NCBI GenBank assembly: GCA_042218075.1
Contig: JBDGRK010000037.1
Location: 1-20,540 of the forward strand
Source: Candidatus Nanohaloarchaea archaeon
Lineage (GTDB): Archaea; Nanohalarchaeota; Nanosalinia; Nanosalinales; Nanosalinaceae
Direction: 5' to 3'
Length of the DNA: 20,540 nt
Position numbers and translations under genes: made by a program. Positions 8,732-16,554 of the stretch are shown here, piece after piece. Under the pieces are notes generated by a model, which worked only from the letters and a program-made list of their open reading frames with translations, did not search any database and was not told the origin of the DNA. Positions within the stretch are counted from its first letter, which is position 1. Each line of letters starts with the position of its first letter.

Positions 8732-9445
8732 CTAGTAGGATTCCAGGTTTTTCTGCTGTTTCTTCTTTACCACTTTACCAGAGGTTATTGCCATCGCCAG
8801 CCTTGCATCAGAGACTATCTGTCCCTGGATCGATTTTACAGGCGAGGGAATCGGGCCCTTCCTTACAAGTTTTGATGCACTCATTTTATTGGCGTGGACC
8901 GCTTCTATCTCAGCTTCGATCTCCAGTTCTCGCATATTCTCTCTCAGGTCTCTGCTGTCTGCTTCTTTCAGCTTATGTTCTTTTCTTATCCTTTCTTTGA
9001 TTCCCTGACTCGAGATTTCCTTCTCTGTTTCCAGCGCCTCCTCGCCTGAAAGCCCTGATTCTATCTCCGCTGCGAAGTCAGCTCCCTGTTCTCTCCACCT
9101 CTGCTGGAGCCTTGAAGATCTCGATACCCCGACTTTTACTTTTGATCCGCATAGCGCCAGATAAACGCTGTAACTGGCCTCAAATTCCGGGCTTGACTCT
9201 CCCTTTCTCCACGAGGTGTAGATATCTTTTCTCCTGCATTCCTGGCACTGGTCTCCTGATTCTATCTTCCTGAATTCCGGGCAGGGTGTCATCTCACCTC
9301 TTTCAGAGTGAAAACCCACGCATCTTCTCTCCTCACAGACCTCAAGATCGAGCTCCCTTCCGAGCAAATCCATACTTTCGTAGCCGTCTTCAGTCGCCAG
9401 CTTCAGCTCTTTTCCCGGGTAGACAATCTTAACTATCGATTTCAC
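8732..9445 (-). CDS. DUF2797-domain protein (Cys-rich Zn site plus GIY-YIG-like segment)
   Basis: RRCVG..CP...QCQEC, SVYLA..KVKVGVS and RWREQGADFA are characteristic of DUF2797. Confidence 0.8.
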   Translation of the reverse strand: MKSIVKIVYPGKELKLATEDGYESMDLLGRELDLEVCEERRCVGFHSERGEMTPCPEFRKIESGDQCQECRRKDIYTSWRKGESSPEFEASYSVYLALCGSKVKVGVSRSSRLQQRWREQGADFAAEIESGLSGEEALETEKEISSQGIKERIRKEHKLKEADSRDLRENMRELEIEAEIEAVHANKMSASKLVRKGPIPSPVKSIQGQIVSDARLAMAITSGKVVKKKQQKNLESY

Positions 9446-10043
9446 GCCTAAGTCCCTCTCTTATAGCATTCTTGTGTCCTGCTCCAACGAAGGCAACAAT
9501 ATCGCCATCGTTTTCCTCCCCCAGCTGTTTCAGCGCCTCCACCATGTGCCGGTTCCTGTCCTCTATCAGGACTCTGTGCAGATCCGGGAACATATGCCTG
9601 AACTCCTCCAGCAGCTCTTCAATAAACCTGTCTTCCGGTATATCTTCCAGGTCCATTCTTCCAGGATATATCATTCCGATGACCACCTGGACCGCGGCTC
9701 TTACTTTTTCCACCCTCCTGACTTCTTTCAGTTTTTCGAGCGTTACGGATATATCCTGGTCTATCAGAGCCACGTCTTTTCCTTCCTGTATAGCAATTTC
9801 GTAGGCGTAGAGCATCTCATCCCCCGGCATCACCCCTGTCCTTGATCCAGCCACTTCCTGGAAATTCTTTATGAACCGCACGAACAGAGAACCTTTTGCT
9901 TCCCTAGAATCCTCAAGCATGGATTTAAGCCGACTATAGTCAAGCTCCAGCGCCACTACTTCCGGGTCTATCTGCTCTATCTTCTCTTCCACCAGCTCAA
10001 GGCTTTCCTCTGAGACGTGCGAGGTTCCGTAAACGTGGATCAA
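9429..10043 (-). CDS. TraB/PrgY (TIKI/TraB superfamily) domain protein
   Basis: GTSHVS, VALELD..R, PGDEM, LIDQDI, EDRN..M and VGAGH motifs; TTG start. Confidence 0.9.
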   Translation of the reverse strand: MIHVYGTSHVSEESLELVEEKIEQIDPEVVALELDYSRLKSMLEDSREAKGSLFVRFIKNFQEVAGSRTGVMPGDEMLYAYEIAIQEGKDVALIDQDISVTLEKLKEVRRVEKVRAAVQVVIGMIYPGRMDLEDIPEDRFIEELLEEFRHMFPDLHRVLIEDRNRHMVEALKQLGEENDGDIVAFVGAGHKNAIREGLRREIDS

Positions 10044-10239
10044 TCTATCTCACGTCATTTATTTGTCTCCCAAATGTTGTAAATCATCCTGAAACTGGAG
10101 GCTTTCCCTACTTATGTAATAATATAATATGAATTATATTACAAAATTACCATATATTCGCTTATTCACAACTATCGTAATACTAATTTTAGCATTTACC
10201 TCTTTATTTGCTTTTCTCGTATTAGAAATGAGAAAACCA

Positions 10240-10504
10240 GTGGTTCCCGGAGGTGGACGCCTGTCCACAAAGAGTGATTCCCTGACCGGTCTCGGGTCCG
10301 CCACCCTCCGAACAGCCCGCCGACTGCTTAGGGCTGCTCCCGCCAGGGCCTGACCCGGTTCACAGCCGCCGTACTCCCGGAGGACGGACCTTCAACGACC
10401 AGTACAGGGGGCTCTCCATGAGCAGGACGCCGCCCCCCGGTTGACGGCTCCGGCTTCACGAGGATTTCCGGAAAGAGGCGACCCCAAACCGCCCGGCCTA
10501 CCAT
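10240..10504 (-). ncRNA. ffs: Signal recognition particle (7S) RNA
   Basis: GC-rich gene. Reverse strand has the Alu start UAGGCCGGGCGG, helices 3/4 with complementary loops (GGGGU/AUCCU), a long helix 5, the SRP54 site GUCAGGCCC-loop-GGGAGCAGCCC, terminal pairing UGGU/ACCA, a TATA upstream and a T-rich tail. Ends approximate. Confidence 0.92.
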
Positions 10505-10527
10505 GCAGAATTTTTTCCAGTGGAAAG

Positions 10528-10535
10528 GTTAAAAG
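10528..10535 (-). promoter_or_regulatory. Putative TATA box for the SRP RNA gene
   Basis: TTTTAA on the minus strand about 25 nt upstream of the inferred 5' end. Confidence 0.55.
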
Positions 10536-10558
10536 TTGGAAGGTTGTTGGTTTTTCTC

Positions 10559-10891
10559 TCAATCATCTGCTCTAAAATATGCCTTTTTCAGTTGATTGAA
10601 GTCTTCCAACAACCTGTTAGAACGCTTATTCTCATTGTAAGCCATCAGTCCAAAAATTATCATGAGAAATCCAGTAAAAATTGTTACAAAAGAAAAAATT
10701 GCTATATCTATAAATTGGCTAAAACTGGTTTCAGTGGAATCAAATATGCCTATAAAGGCAACATAGAGCGTTATCAAGGAGAAAAATTGTGCAAAGGATA
10801 GCAAAGAGTTTCTCCTGCTATGATTTTTTTCTTGTTGGGAGATTTGGACCAAAAATTATATTTCGTCTTTTTCCAATTTCTCATCGCTCAT
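10559..10891 (-). pseudogene. AT-rich 2-TM membrane protein gene interrupted by a premature TAA
   Basis: ATG at 10891 overlaps the upstream TGA (ATGA); frame reads MSDEKLEKDEI*FLVQISQQ..., with TAA at 10858-10856 in frame with track ORF 10559..10852. Confidence 0.6.
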
Positions 10892-11691
10892 ATCTCAAAC
10901 TCCATCCCTTTCTCCACTATCCAGAAGCCCATGTCCTCCATCTGCTGTCTTTCCTCCGATTCTTCTCTCAGCACAGGATTGGTATGGTTTAAGTGGGTGA
11001 AGTAGATGTCAGTGTCTGTGTCTTCAAATTCATCCATAGTTTTCTGGATTGTCGGATGCGGAACTTCTTCGAACCTGTCGATCTCGTTCGAACTCCAGAA
11101 GGTTCCATCGACTATCGCGACATCCGCTTCTTCAACCAGCTCTCTGGAACCGTGCCTCCACTCATTTATGTCGACGATGTAAACAAGTTTCCTATGCTCG
11201 CCATCAATTACAAAGCAAAAGTTCTTGGTCTCAACTTGTGGGTGTTCGATATGCTTTACTTCGATGCTCGCACCCTGTAGCTGCTGCTCGTCTCCGTCAT
11301 CTATCTCGTTTATCTCAATATTACCCCTGTCGATCAGGAAACGGTAGGGATCGTTTTTCTGCATGAATTCATGGGTCTCGGGGGAAGTATACACAGGTAT
11401 TCCCGAATAGTCGTAGCTCTCCTTCCCTAGGTAGAGGAGGCCTGTCATGTGGCCTATACCATCCTGCGAGAGAAATATACCGTCGAGGTACTGTCCATCG
11501 AACTGGTAGCGTATGTCCGGAGTGGCGTCGATAAGGTAGCGGGCCTGGCTGTTGCCTTCATCCTCCTTCAGGAGAAGCGATGCGATTCTTTTCTGATTGC
11601 CTTTGTTCCTTGCCGATTCACAGGTATCGCATTTGCATCCGAGATGTGGTACTCCACCGTCCTGCATATTACCAAGCACTTCTATTTTCAT
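10888..11691 (-). CDS. Metallo-beta-lactamase-fold protein, PqqB/PhnP-like
   Basis: GxxQDGGVPHLGCxCxxC, LIDATPD, IVDGTFWS, PHP and THLNHTNP. ATG 11691 preferred because it follows a GGAG-containing leader and ATG 11724 lies immediately next to the TATA box. Confidence 0.85.
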   Translation of the reverse strand: MKIEVLGNMQDGGVPHLGCKCDTCESARNKGNQKRIASLLLKEDEGNSQARYLIDATPDIRYQFDGQYLDGIFLSQDGIGHMTGLLYLGKESYDYSGIPVYTSPETHEFMQKNDPYRFLIDRGNIEINEIDDGDEQQLQGASIEVKHIEHPQVETKNFCFVIDGEHRKLVYIVDINEWRHGSRELVEEADVAIVDGTFWSSNEIDRFEEVPHPTIQKTMDEFEDTDTDIYFTHLNHTNPVLREESEERQQMEDMGFWIVEKGMEFEI

Positions 11692-11727
11692 TATCTTCTC
11701 TCCTTGGGAGTAGCAATACTGCATTAA

Positions 11728-11735
11728 CTTATATA
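11728..11735 (-). promoter_or_regulatory. Putative TATA box for the MBL gene (divergent from tRNA-Cys)
   Basis: TTATATAA about 40 nt upstream of ATG 11691; boundaries approximate. Confidence 0.5.
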
Positions 11736-11811
11736 AGGGTGATCAGAAGCTAGTTGGGAATCTTGGTCCTGTTTTAAATCTTCGACTTTAATTCAAGAGT
11801 AGAGTTTCTAC

Positions 11812-11885
11812 GCCAGGGTGACAGAGCGGTCTATTGTGTCCGCCTGCAGAGCGGATTTTCCCGGGTTCGAATCCCGGCCCTGGCT
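11812..11885 (+). tRNA. tRNA-Cys(GCA), intronless, CCA not encoded
   Basis: Acceptor stem GCCAGGG/CCCTGGC, anticodon stem TCCGC/GCGGA with GCA at 11846-11848, T arm CCGGG-TTCGAAT-CCCGG, discriminator U. Confidence 0.97.
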
Positions 11886-13870
11886 TAATTTAATGATTCT
11901 GCCGCCCTTGCAAACAGGTAAAGTGCTTCTTCCCGGAAGGTTTCAGGCCTCCACCGATCCACAGGATAGGGATCTCCCGTGATTTCCGCCGGTCCGGAAT
12001 TCTTTCTCTCCCAGTAGTTGGTGTCCAGTTCATCAATGTCTTCCGGCTTCAGGAAGTTAGCAGTAGTGTATTCTGGGTGTGGTGTATCTGTGTGTATCTC
12101 CGGATCTCTATCCTCTCCTTTCATTGTTTCAGGGTTGATCACCGGTATCACCACTCTATCAACCTCTTCGACATCAAAGAATTCAGAGTTCTCTACCGCA
12201 TGGGCATAGGCGGCGGATTGAATCTTATGCTTGTCGTAGAGATCTTTGGAAGTCTTAAGGTCGAGCAGGATTGTCTCGCCTGTATCCTCTTTTTCGTAAA
12301 GAAGATCTATCTGTCCAGCGTATTCGAATTTTCCGATCCCCGGTCCTTCCAGTTTCTCAGATTTATCCCATGGATGTTTAGTGCTGATGCCAAACATTTT
12401 CTCGGCAGCTATCACGTTTTCCTTCCTGAGACCTAGGCTTTCCTCCAGATCCCTGAACTCCTGCTCGATCCATTCAATATCGTTCTCCGCCAGTTGTCTT
12501 CCGTTCTCTATGAAACCGTTCTGCCTTGAGCTGTCCTCGTAGAATTCGACTTCCTCTCTTTCTCCCCATTCTCTCAGATCCTCTAGCTCGTCTCCTCCCA
12601 TCTGCTCCAGCTGGTTCCAGAGTCTCGCTGAATTACCTTCACTGACTTCTTCAGAATCTTCAACATACTTCTCAAATACTTTTTCATGGGCCAGAGTGCC
12701 TCTAGGGCCGGCGAACTCTTTCACATTATTGGAATCGTATCTTCCATCCTCTCCGTCATACCTGTTCTCCCAGAAGAATACCTGCTCACCTAGGTCGAGT
12801 ACCTCCGAATCGAGCACTGTGGTTACAGAGTAGGCTTCATTTCCATCCCACCGGTAAACTCTTCTGCCCTCTTCATCCTGATCTCTACCGATGCGGGAGC
12901 TTTTTTCATCAAGTTGATCCCTCACCGATTTCCAGAAGATTTCTCTCCAGTTCTCTCCTATTCCTTCGGTTCTCGCCACTATATCAAGGTAGGTGAGACT
13001 GTCGTAGGATCGCCTGTAATCCAGTTCACAGTCCCTGTCGATCTCTTTCGCTGCCTCATCCAGTATAACTTTTATCTCTCTGGATGAGCGGTCCAGAAGA
13101 TTCTGTATACCTGTTTCTTCCGCTCCCAGGATTTTCCTTGCCTCCTCCATGTCTACAGCTTCCGTATGAGTGGATGAGTCTTCTTCTGTCTCGAGAGGAT
13201 ATATTATCTCGATTTCTTCTGCAGTGTTTTCTTCAGAAGCCGCGAGTAACTTGACCGCTGCGTCAAGCCTGTGGTATTCCTGAGGAGGTTCGAGCTTTAC
13301 GGTTCTAGCTGTTCCATCTTCCTGGATTGCTCCTATACCGTCCCTGAGCCGGAAACTACCGTTTTTTATATAGAAATCTCCTCTCCTTGAATTGCCCGAA
13401 CTGTAATTTTCGATCCGGTAGTCTGTAAAGTTTTCAATGGCTTCTTCAACTATTGTATCACCTAATGCAAATTTTCCCGGGTCAGGCTCGGTCTTTTGAT
13501 CCACAAGGTCGAGAATCTTGACGAAATCCGATGTAGATGAATCCTCTAGAGTCATTCCATCAACGTGCGGACCGCCTAGGAATGCCCTGATCTCCTGCTC
13601 AAGCTTCTCTCTGTCCTGGCTCCGCTCTGAAGGATTTATATCGTTGAATCTGCTGGCTTCCTCATTGAACCATTCAACCATCGCCCTCTCCAGGTCCTGC
13701 TTCACTTTTGATTCAAGGCTGAAACTGTTCCTGCTACTCTCGGGATCGAATTTTTTGAATACCTGTATTATATCGTGCTTTGCGTTTTCAGAATCGATTC
13801 CAGGGTCAGATAATCCTTTTACACCCGTTATCAGGCCTGATGAGGTATCAGTTATCCCGTCCCCGGCCAC
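11885..13870 (-). CDS. Large acidic protein with a C-terminal RecB-type PD-(D/E)xK nuclease domain
   Basis: YSVTTVL, RGTLAHE, AEK, YAGQIDLL, LLDLKTS and QSAAY form an intact RecB/MGME1-like nuclease motif set; GTG start. Confidence 0.85.
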   Translation of the reverse strand: MAGDGITDTSSGLITGVKGLSDPGIDSENAKHDIIQVFKKFDPESSRNSFSLESKVKQDLERAMVEWFNEEASRFNDINPSERSQDREKLEQEIRAFLGGPHVDGMTLEDSSTSDFVKILDLVDQKTEPDPGKFALGDTIVEEAIENFTDYRIENYSSGNSRRGDFYIKNGSFRLRDGIGAIQEDGTARTVKLEPPQEYHRLDAAVKLLAASEENTAEEIEIIYPLETEEDSSTHTEAVDMEEARKILGAEETGIQNLLDRSSREIKVILDEAAKEIDRDCELDYRRSYDSLTYLDIVARTEGIGENWREIFWKSVRDQLDEKSSRIGRDQDEEGRRVYRWDGNEAYSVTTVLDSEVLDLGEQVFFWENRYDGEDGRYDSNNVKEFAGPRGTLAHEKVFEKYVEDSEEVSEGNSARLWNQLEQMGGDELEDLREWGEREEVEFYEDSSRQNGFIENGRQLAENDIEWIEQEFRDLEESLGLRKENVIAAEKMFGISTKHPWDKSEKLEGPGIGKFEYAGQIDLLYEKEDTGETILLDLKTSKDLYDKHKIQSAAYAHAVENSEFFDVEEVDRVVIPVINPETMKGEDRDPEIHTDTPHPEYTTANFLKPEDIDELDTNYWERKNSGPAEITGDPYPVDRWRPETFREEALYLFARAAESLN

Positions 13871-14044
13871 TCCCTAACACACCTTTTCGACAGAATAGAT
13901 CTTCTGCCCCTCTTGTCAGGTTTTTCTGTTTCAGGAATTCGCTTACCTTTGCGGAAAATAATATTTTTCTTTGTATACTCACTGGTAGTTAATGAGAGGG
14001 TTTAAAATACATAGTTTTCTAATCATTCTATATAGTGATAAGGA

Positions 14045-14920
14045 GTGGAAAGTAGAAAAATACAGCGCACCGGTGGTTCGACTTACACCGTTTCCCTGCC
14101 CAAAAATTGGATTGAAGGAAGGATCGAGGAGGGAGAGGAGGTTTTCCTGTTCCAGAAAGGAGACGACATACAGATCTCTTTCCAGGAGACCAGAAAAGAG
14201 GAAAAAACAGCGACTCTCGAGACTTCCTCCGATTTCGAGGTAACCAAGAGAAGACTTGTAGCACTCTACCTGAACGGTGTTGACAGGATAATCGTAAGGA
14301 ACAATCAGGGAACGGAGCTTCAGGAATACATCCGGAATAATCTGATCGGGATGGAGATAGTGAAGGTCGATGCGGATAAAATGGAGTTGAGAAACCTTTT
14401 CCGTCATTCAGAGATTCCGGCGGAGAACGGACTCAGGAGGATGACTTCGATTATTAGAAGTATGATGAGAGATCTCGCAGAGAATCAGGATACCGGGGAT
14501 ATTGCCGAGAGGGAGGAACTACTTGACAGATACTACCTACTAGAACTGAGACAGCTCCAGATGTCCCTATCAGATCCGGAGTTTAGAGATGAGATAGGTC
14601 TTGAATCCGCCATTCAGGCCATGGAGTACAGAGTTATCGCGAAGAGCATGGAGAGGATAGGCGACCATCTCGTGACGATCTCCAGATGCAAAGATAAAAC
14701 GCTCAAGGAAGTTTCCGAGATGAAGCAGATTTTCGATAAACTAAGCAGGGCGATATTTGAGGCAGATTCAGATAAGATTGAGGAGTGTATTTCATCAGTT
14801 GATCAGGTCGAGATCCGGGAAGCAAGATCGGAAGAGCTCAGGAGATCTCTCAGGAGGATCAAGAGACTTATTCTGGATATCAGTGAAGCCTCTATAAATT
14901 ATTCAATTTCGAGAGATTAA
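14045..14920 (+). CDS. phoU: Archaeal phosphate-uptake regulator PhoU with N-terminal AbrB-like domain
   Basis: RKIQRTGGSTYTVSLPKNW (AbrB), ALYLNG, LIGMEIV, REELLDRYY and MERIGDH (PhoU). Confidence 0.9.
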   Translation: MESRKIQRTGGSTYTVSLPKNWIEGRIEEGEEVFLFQKGDDIQISFQETRKEEKTATLETSSDFEVTKRRLVALYLNGVDRIIVRNNQGTELQEYIRNNLIGMEIVKVDADKMELRNLFRHSEIPAENGLRRMTSIIRSMMRDLAENQDTGDIAEREELLDRYYLLELRQLQMSLSDPEFRDEIGLESAIQAMEYRVIAKSMERIGDHLVTISRCKDKTLKEVSEMKQIFDKLSRAIFEADSDKIEECISSVDQVEIREARSEELRRSLRRIKRLILDISEASINYSISRD

Positions 14921-14922
14921 GT

Positions 14923-15729
14923 ATGACAGACAAAACCGATGTCGCCCAGCTTGTGATCCGCAGAGAAACTGATCTCGGATACCGCTACTTTCTCGCCAGG
15001 AGGACGAAGGATGGGTACTGGGAGTGGATAGGAGGCAAGGAAGAGGAGGGTGAGACTATTCAGGAAGCTGCGATCCGGGAGATGAGGGAGGAGCTGAGGA
15101 TCGACTGGCGTGAAGGAGATTATAGAATCGTTAAATTAGGAGATACCTACCTCAGCGAGGACAATGACATGTTCAGATTGAACCCGGTTCTGATCGAACT
15201 TGAAGATGAAAAGGCGGGAGAGATCGAAAGGAGACATCTGTCTGAAGAACACGACGATTTCGCTTGGATCAATCTCGTCGAGTACGACCGCTTTGAAACC
15301 CTGGGCCAGTACCTGGCGCTGGAAAACCTTGATCTCGTAAATGGAGACGTGGCTATTGGAGTCGTGGAGAACCTTGAGAATGGGAAATACCTCGCTGTGA
15401 AAAGGTCGGAGGAGAACAGCAGCGCTGGCTACTGGAGCTTCGTCTCAGGCGAACTTGAGTCCGGGGAGGATCCTGGAGAAGCTGCGGAAAGGGAAGTAGA
15501 AGAGGAGACAGGTATAGAGGCTGAGGTGGTGGAAACCGGCGAATTCTACATAGGCAGGGGAGAGACCGGCTCCTGGAGACTTTTCCCCGTACTGCTTCAA
15601 TCTGAAAGCAAAAAAGTCGAGCTGAACTGGGAGCTCTCCGATTGCAAGTGGATAGAAGTTGAAGAGCTGGAGGATCTGGAGACGCTTGGAAGAATGAAGG
15701 CAGTGGAGAAACTGGAGCTGGGACAATGA
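14923..15729 (+). CDS. Tandem double-Nudix hydrolase
   Basis: Two Nudix boxes: GKEEEGETIQEAAIREMREEL and GELESGEDPGEAAEREVEEETGI. Confidence 0.92.
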   Translation: MTDKTDVAQLVIRRETDLGYRYFLARRTKDGYWEWIGGKEEEGETIQEAAIREMREELRIDWREGDYRIVKLGDTYLSEDNDMFRLNPVLIELEDEKAGEIERRHLSEEHDDFAWINLVEYDRFETLGQYLALENLDLVNGDVAIGVVENLENGKYLAVKRSEENSSAGYWSFVSGELESGEDPGEAAEREVEEETGIEAEVVETGEFYIGRGETGSWRLFPVLLQSESKKVELNWELSDCKWIEVEELEDLETLGRMKAVEKLELGQ

Positions 15730-16112
15730 AGGAAATAGCTACCGCAGTACCCTATGATCCTGACTCTGACAGTTTTCTTGTGGCGAAGAGAAACATGAAG
15801 ACATCAATTCATCCGGGAAAATGGAACTTTCCTGGAGGTCACATAGAAGATGAGAATATTCGTGAAGCAGCTCTAAGAGAGCTGAGGGAGGAGACCAACT
15901 TGATAGGCGAGGTAATCAAGTCCGGAGATTCATTTGTTGTAGATACAGAAGATGGAAAATTTAGAATACATCCTTTTCTTATACTTGTAGAAGGAGAACC
16001 TGAACTGAACTCAGAACACACAGAGTACCGCTGGATTGAACCGGAAGAACTCGAAGGGCTGGAAACTGTTAAAGGTCTGGAGAAGGATTTGGAAAGTGTG
16101 GGAGTGATTTGA
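15726..16112 (+). CDS. Nudix hydrolase
   Basis: WNFPGGHIEDENIREAALRELREETNL; ATGA overlap with the upstream gene. Confidence 0.92.
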   Translation: MKEIATAVPYDPDSDSFLVAKRNMKTSIHPGKWNFPGGHIEDENIREAALRELREETNLIGEVIKSGDSFVVDTEDGKFRIHPFLILVEGEPELNSEHTEYRWIEPEELEGLETVKGLEKDLESVGVI

Positions 16113-16549
16113 TGGATTTTGACAAATTCAGGGTTGTTTGCACCGGCATAACCACGAATAAGGGGGAAGTGCTCCTTGGCAAGAAAGAGAAGGATGAGGG
16201 TCATCCCTATAGCGAGGAATGGCATTTTCCGGGAGGACACATGGATGAAGGAGAAGAAGTCCGGGAGGCGGTGAAAAGAGAGATAGAAGAAGAGACAGGA
16301 CTTGAGGTCGAAGTCCACCAGCTAGTTGATATTATGTTTAAAGAGTTCCATGAGAGAGATCCATTAGTGAGGGTATTCTTCCACTGCGAATCTGATGGTA
16401 GAGAAGCGGAAGCTGCGGATGATCTTCAGGAAATTGAATGGGTTGAACCGGAAAAACTTGAAGACTACTTTGAAGCAGAGAAAAAGGTTTTGGAGAGAGC
16501 TGAAATCTCAAACCTTGTTGAAAAACTGAAAAAGATGCCGGCGTTCTAA
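16112..16549 (+). CDS. Nudix hydrolase (MutT-like)
   Basis: WHFPGGHMDEGEEVREAVKREIEEETGL; TGATG coupling gives ATG at 16112. Confidence 0.92.
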   Translation: MDFDKFRVVCTGITTNKGEVLLGKKEKDEGHPYSEEWHFPGGHMDEGEEVREAVKREIEEETGLEVEVHQLVDIMFKEFHERDPLVRVFFHCESDGREAEAADDLQEIEWVEPEKLEDYFEAEKKVLERAEISNLVEKLKKMPAF

Positions 16550-16554
16550 TTCTT

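Noticed and set aside
9429-10043. TraB as evidence of conjugation
   Set aside because: TraB/PrgY-domain proteins are common chromosomal archaeal genes unrelated to transfer machinery.
10129-10353. Plus-strand 74-aa ORF as a real gene
   Set aside because: Its 3' half is antisense to the SRP RNA; no recognisable domain.
10856-10858. Programmed recoding of the internal stop
   Set aside because: The codon is TAA, not TGA or TAG, and TAA terminates other genes here; mutation or error is simpler.
10888-11691. PQQ biosynthesis cluster
   Set aside because: No pqqA/C/D/E nearby and the metal motif is degenerate.
11885-12900. Cas4 / CRISPR-Cas association of the RecB-type nuclease
   Set aside because: Lacks the four Fe-S cysteines of Cas4; no array or cas genes seen.
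11812-14044. Integrated element at tRNA-Cys with att repeats
   Set aside because: No integrase, and no convincing duplicate of the tRNA 3' end; only a 7-nt CCCGGCC match near 13862, expected by chance.
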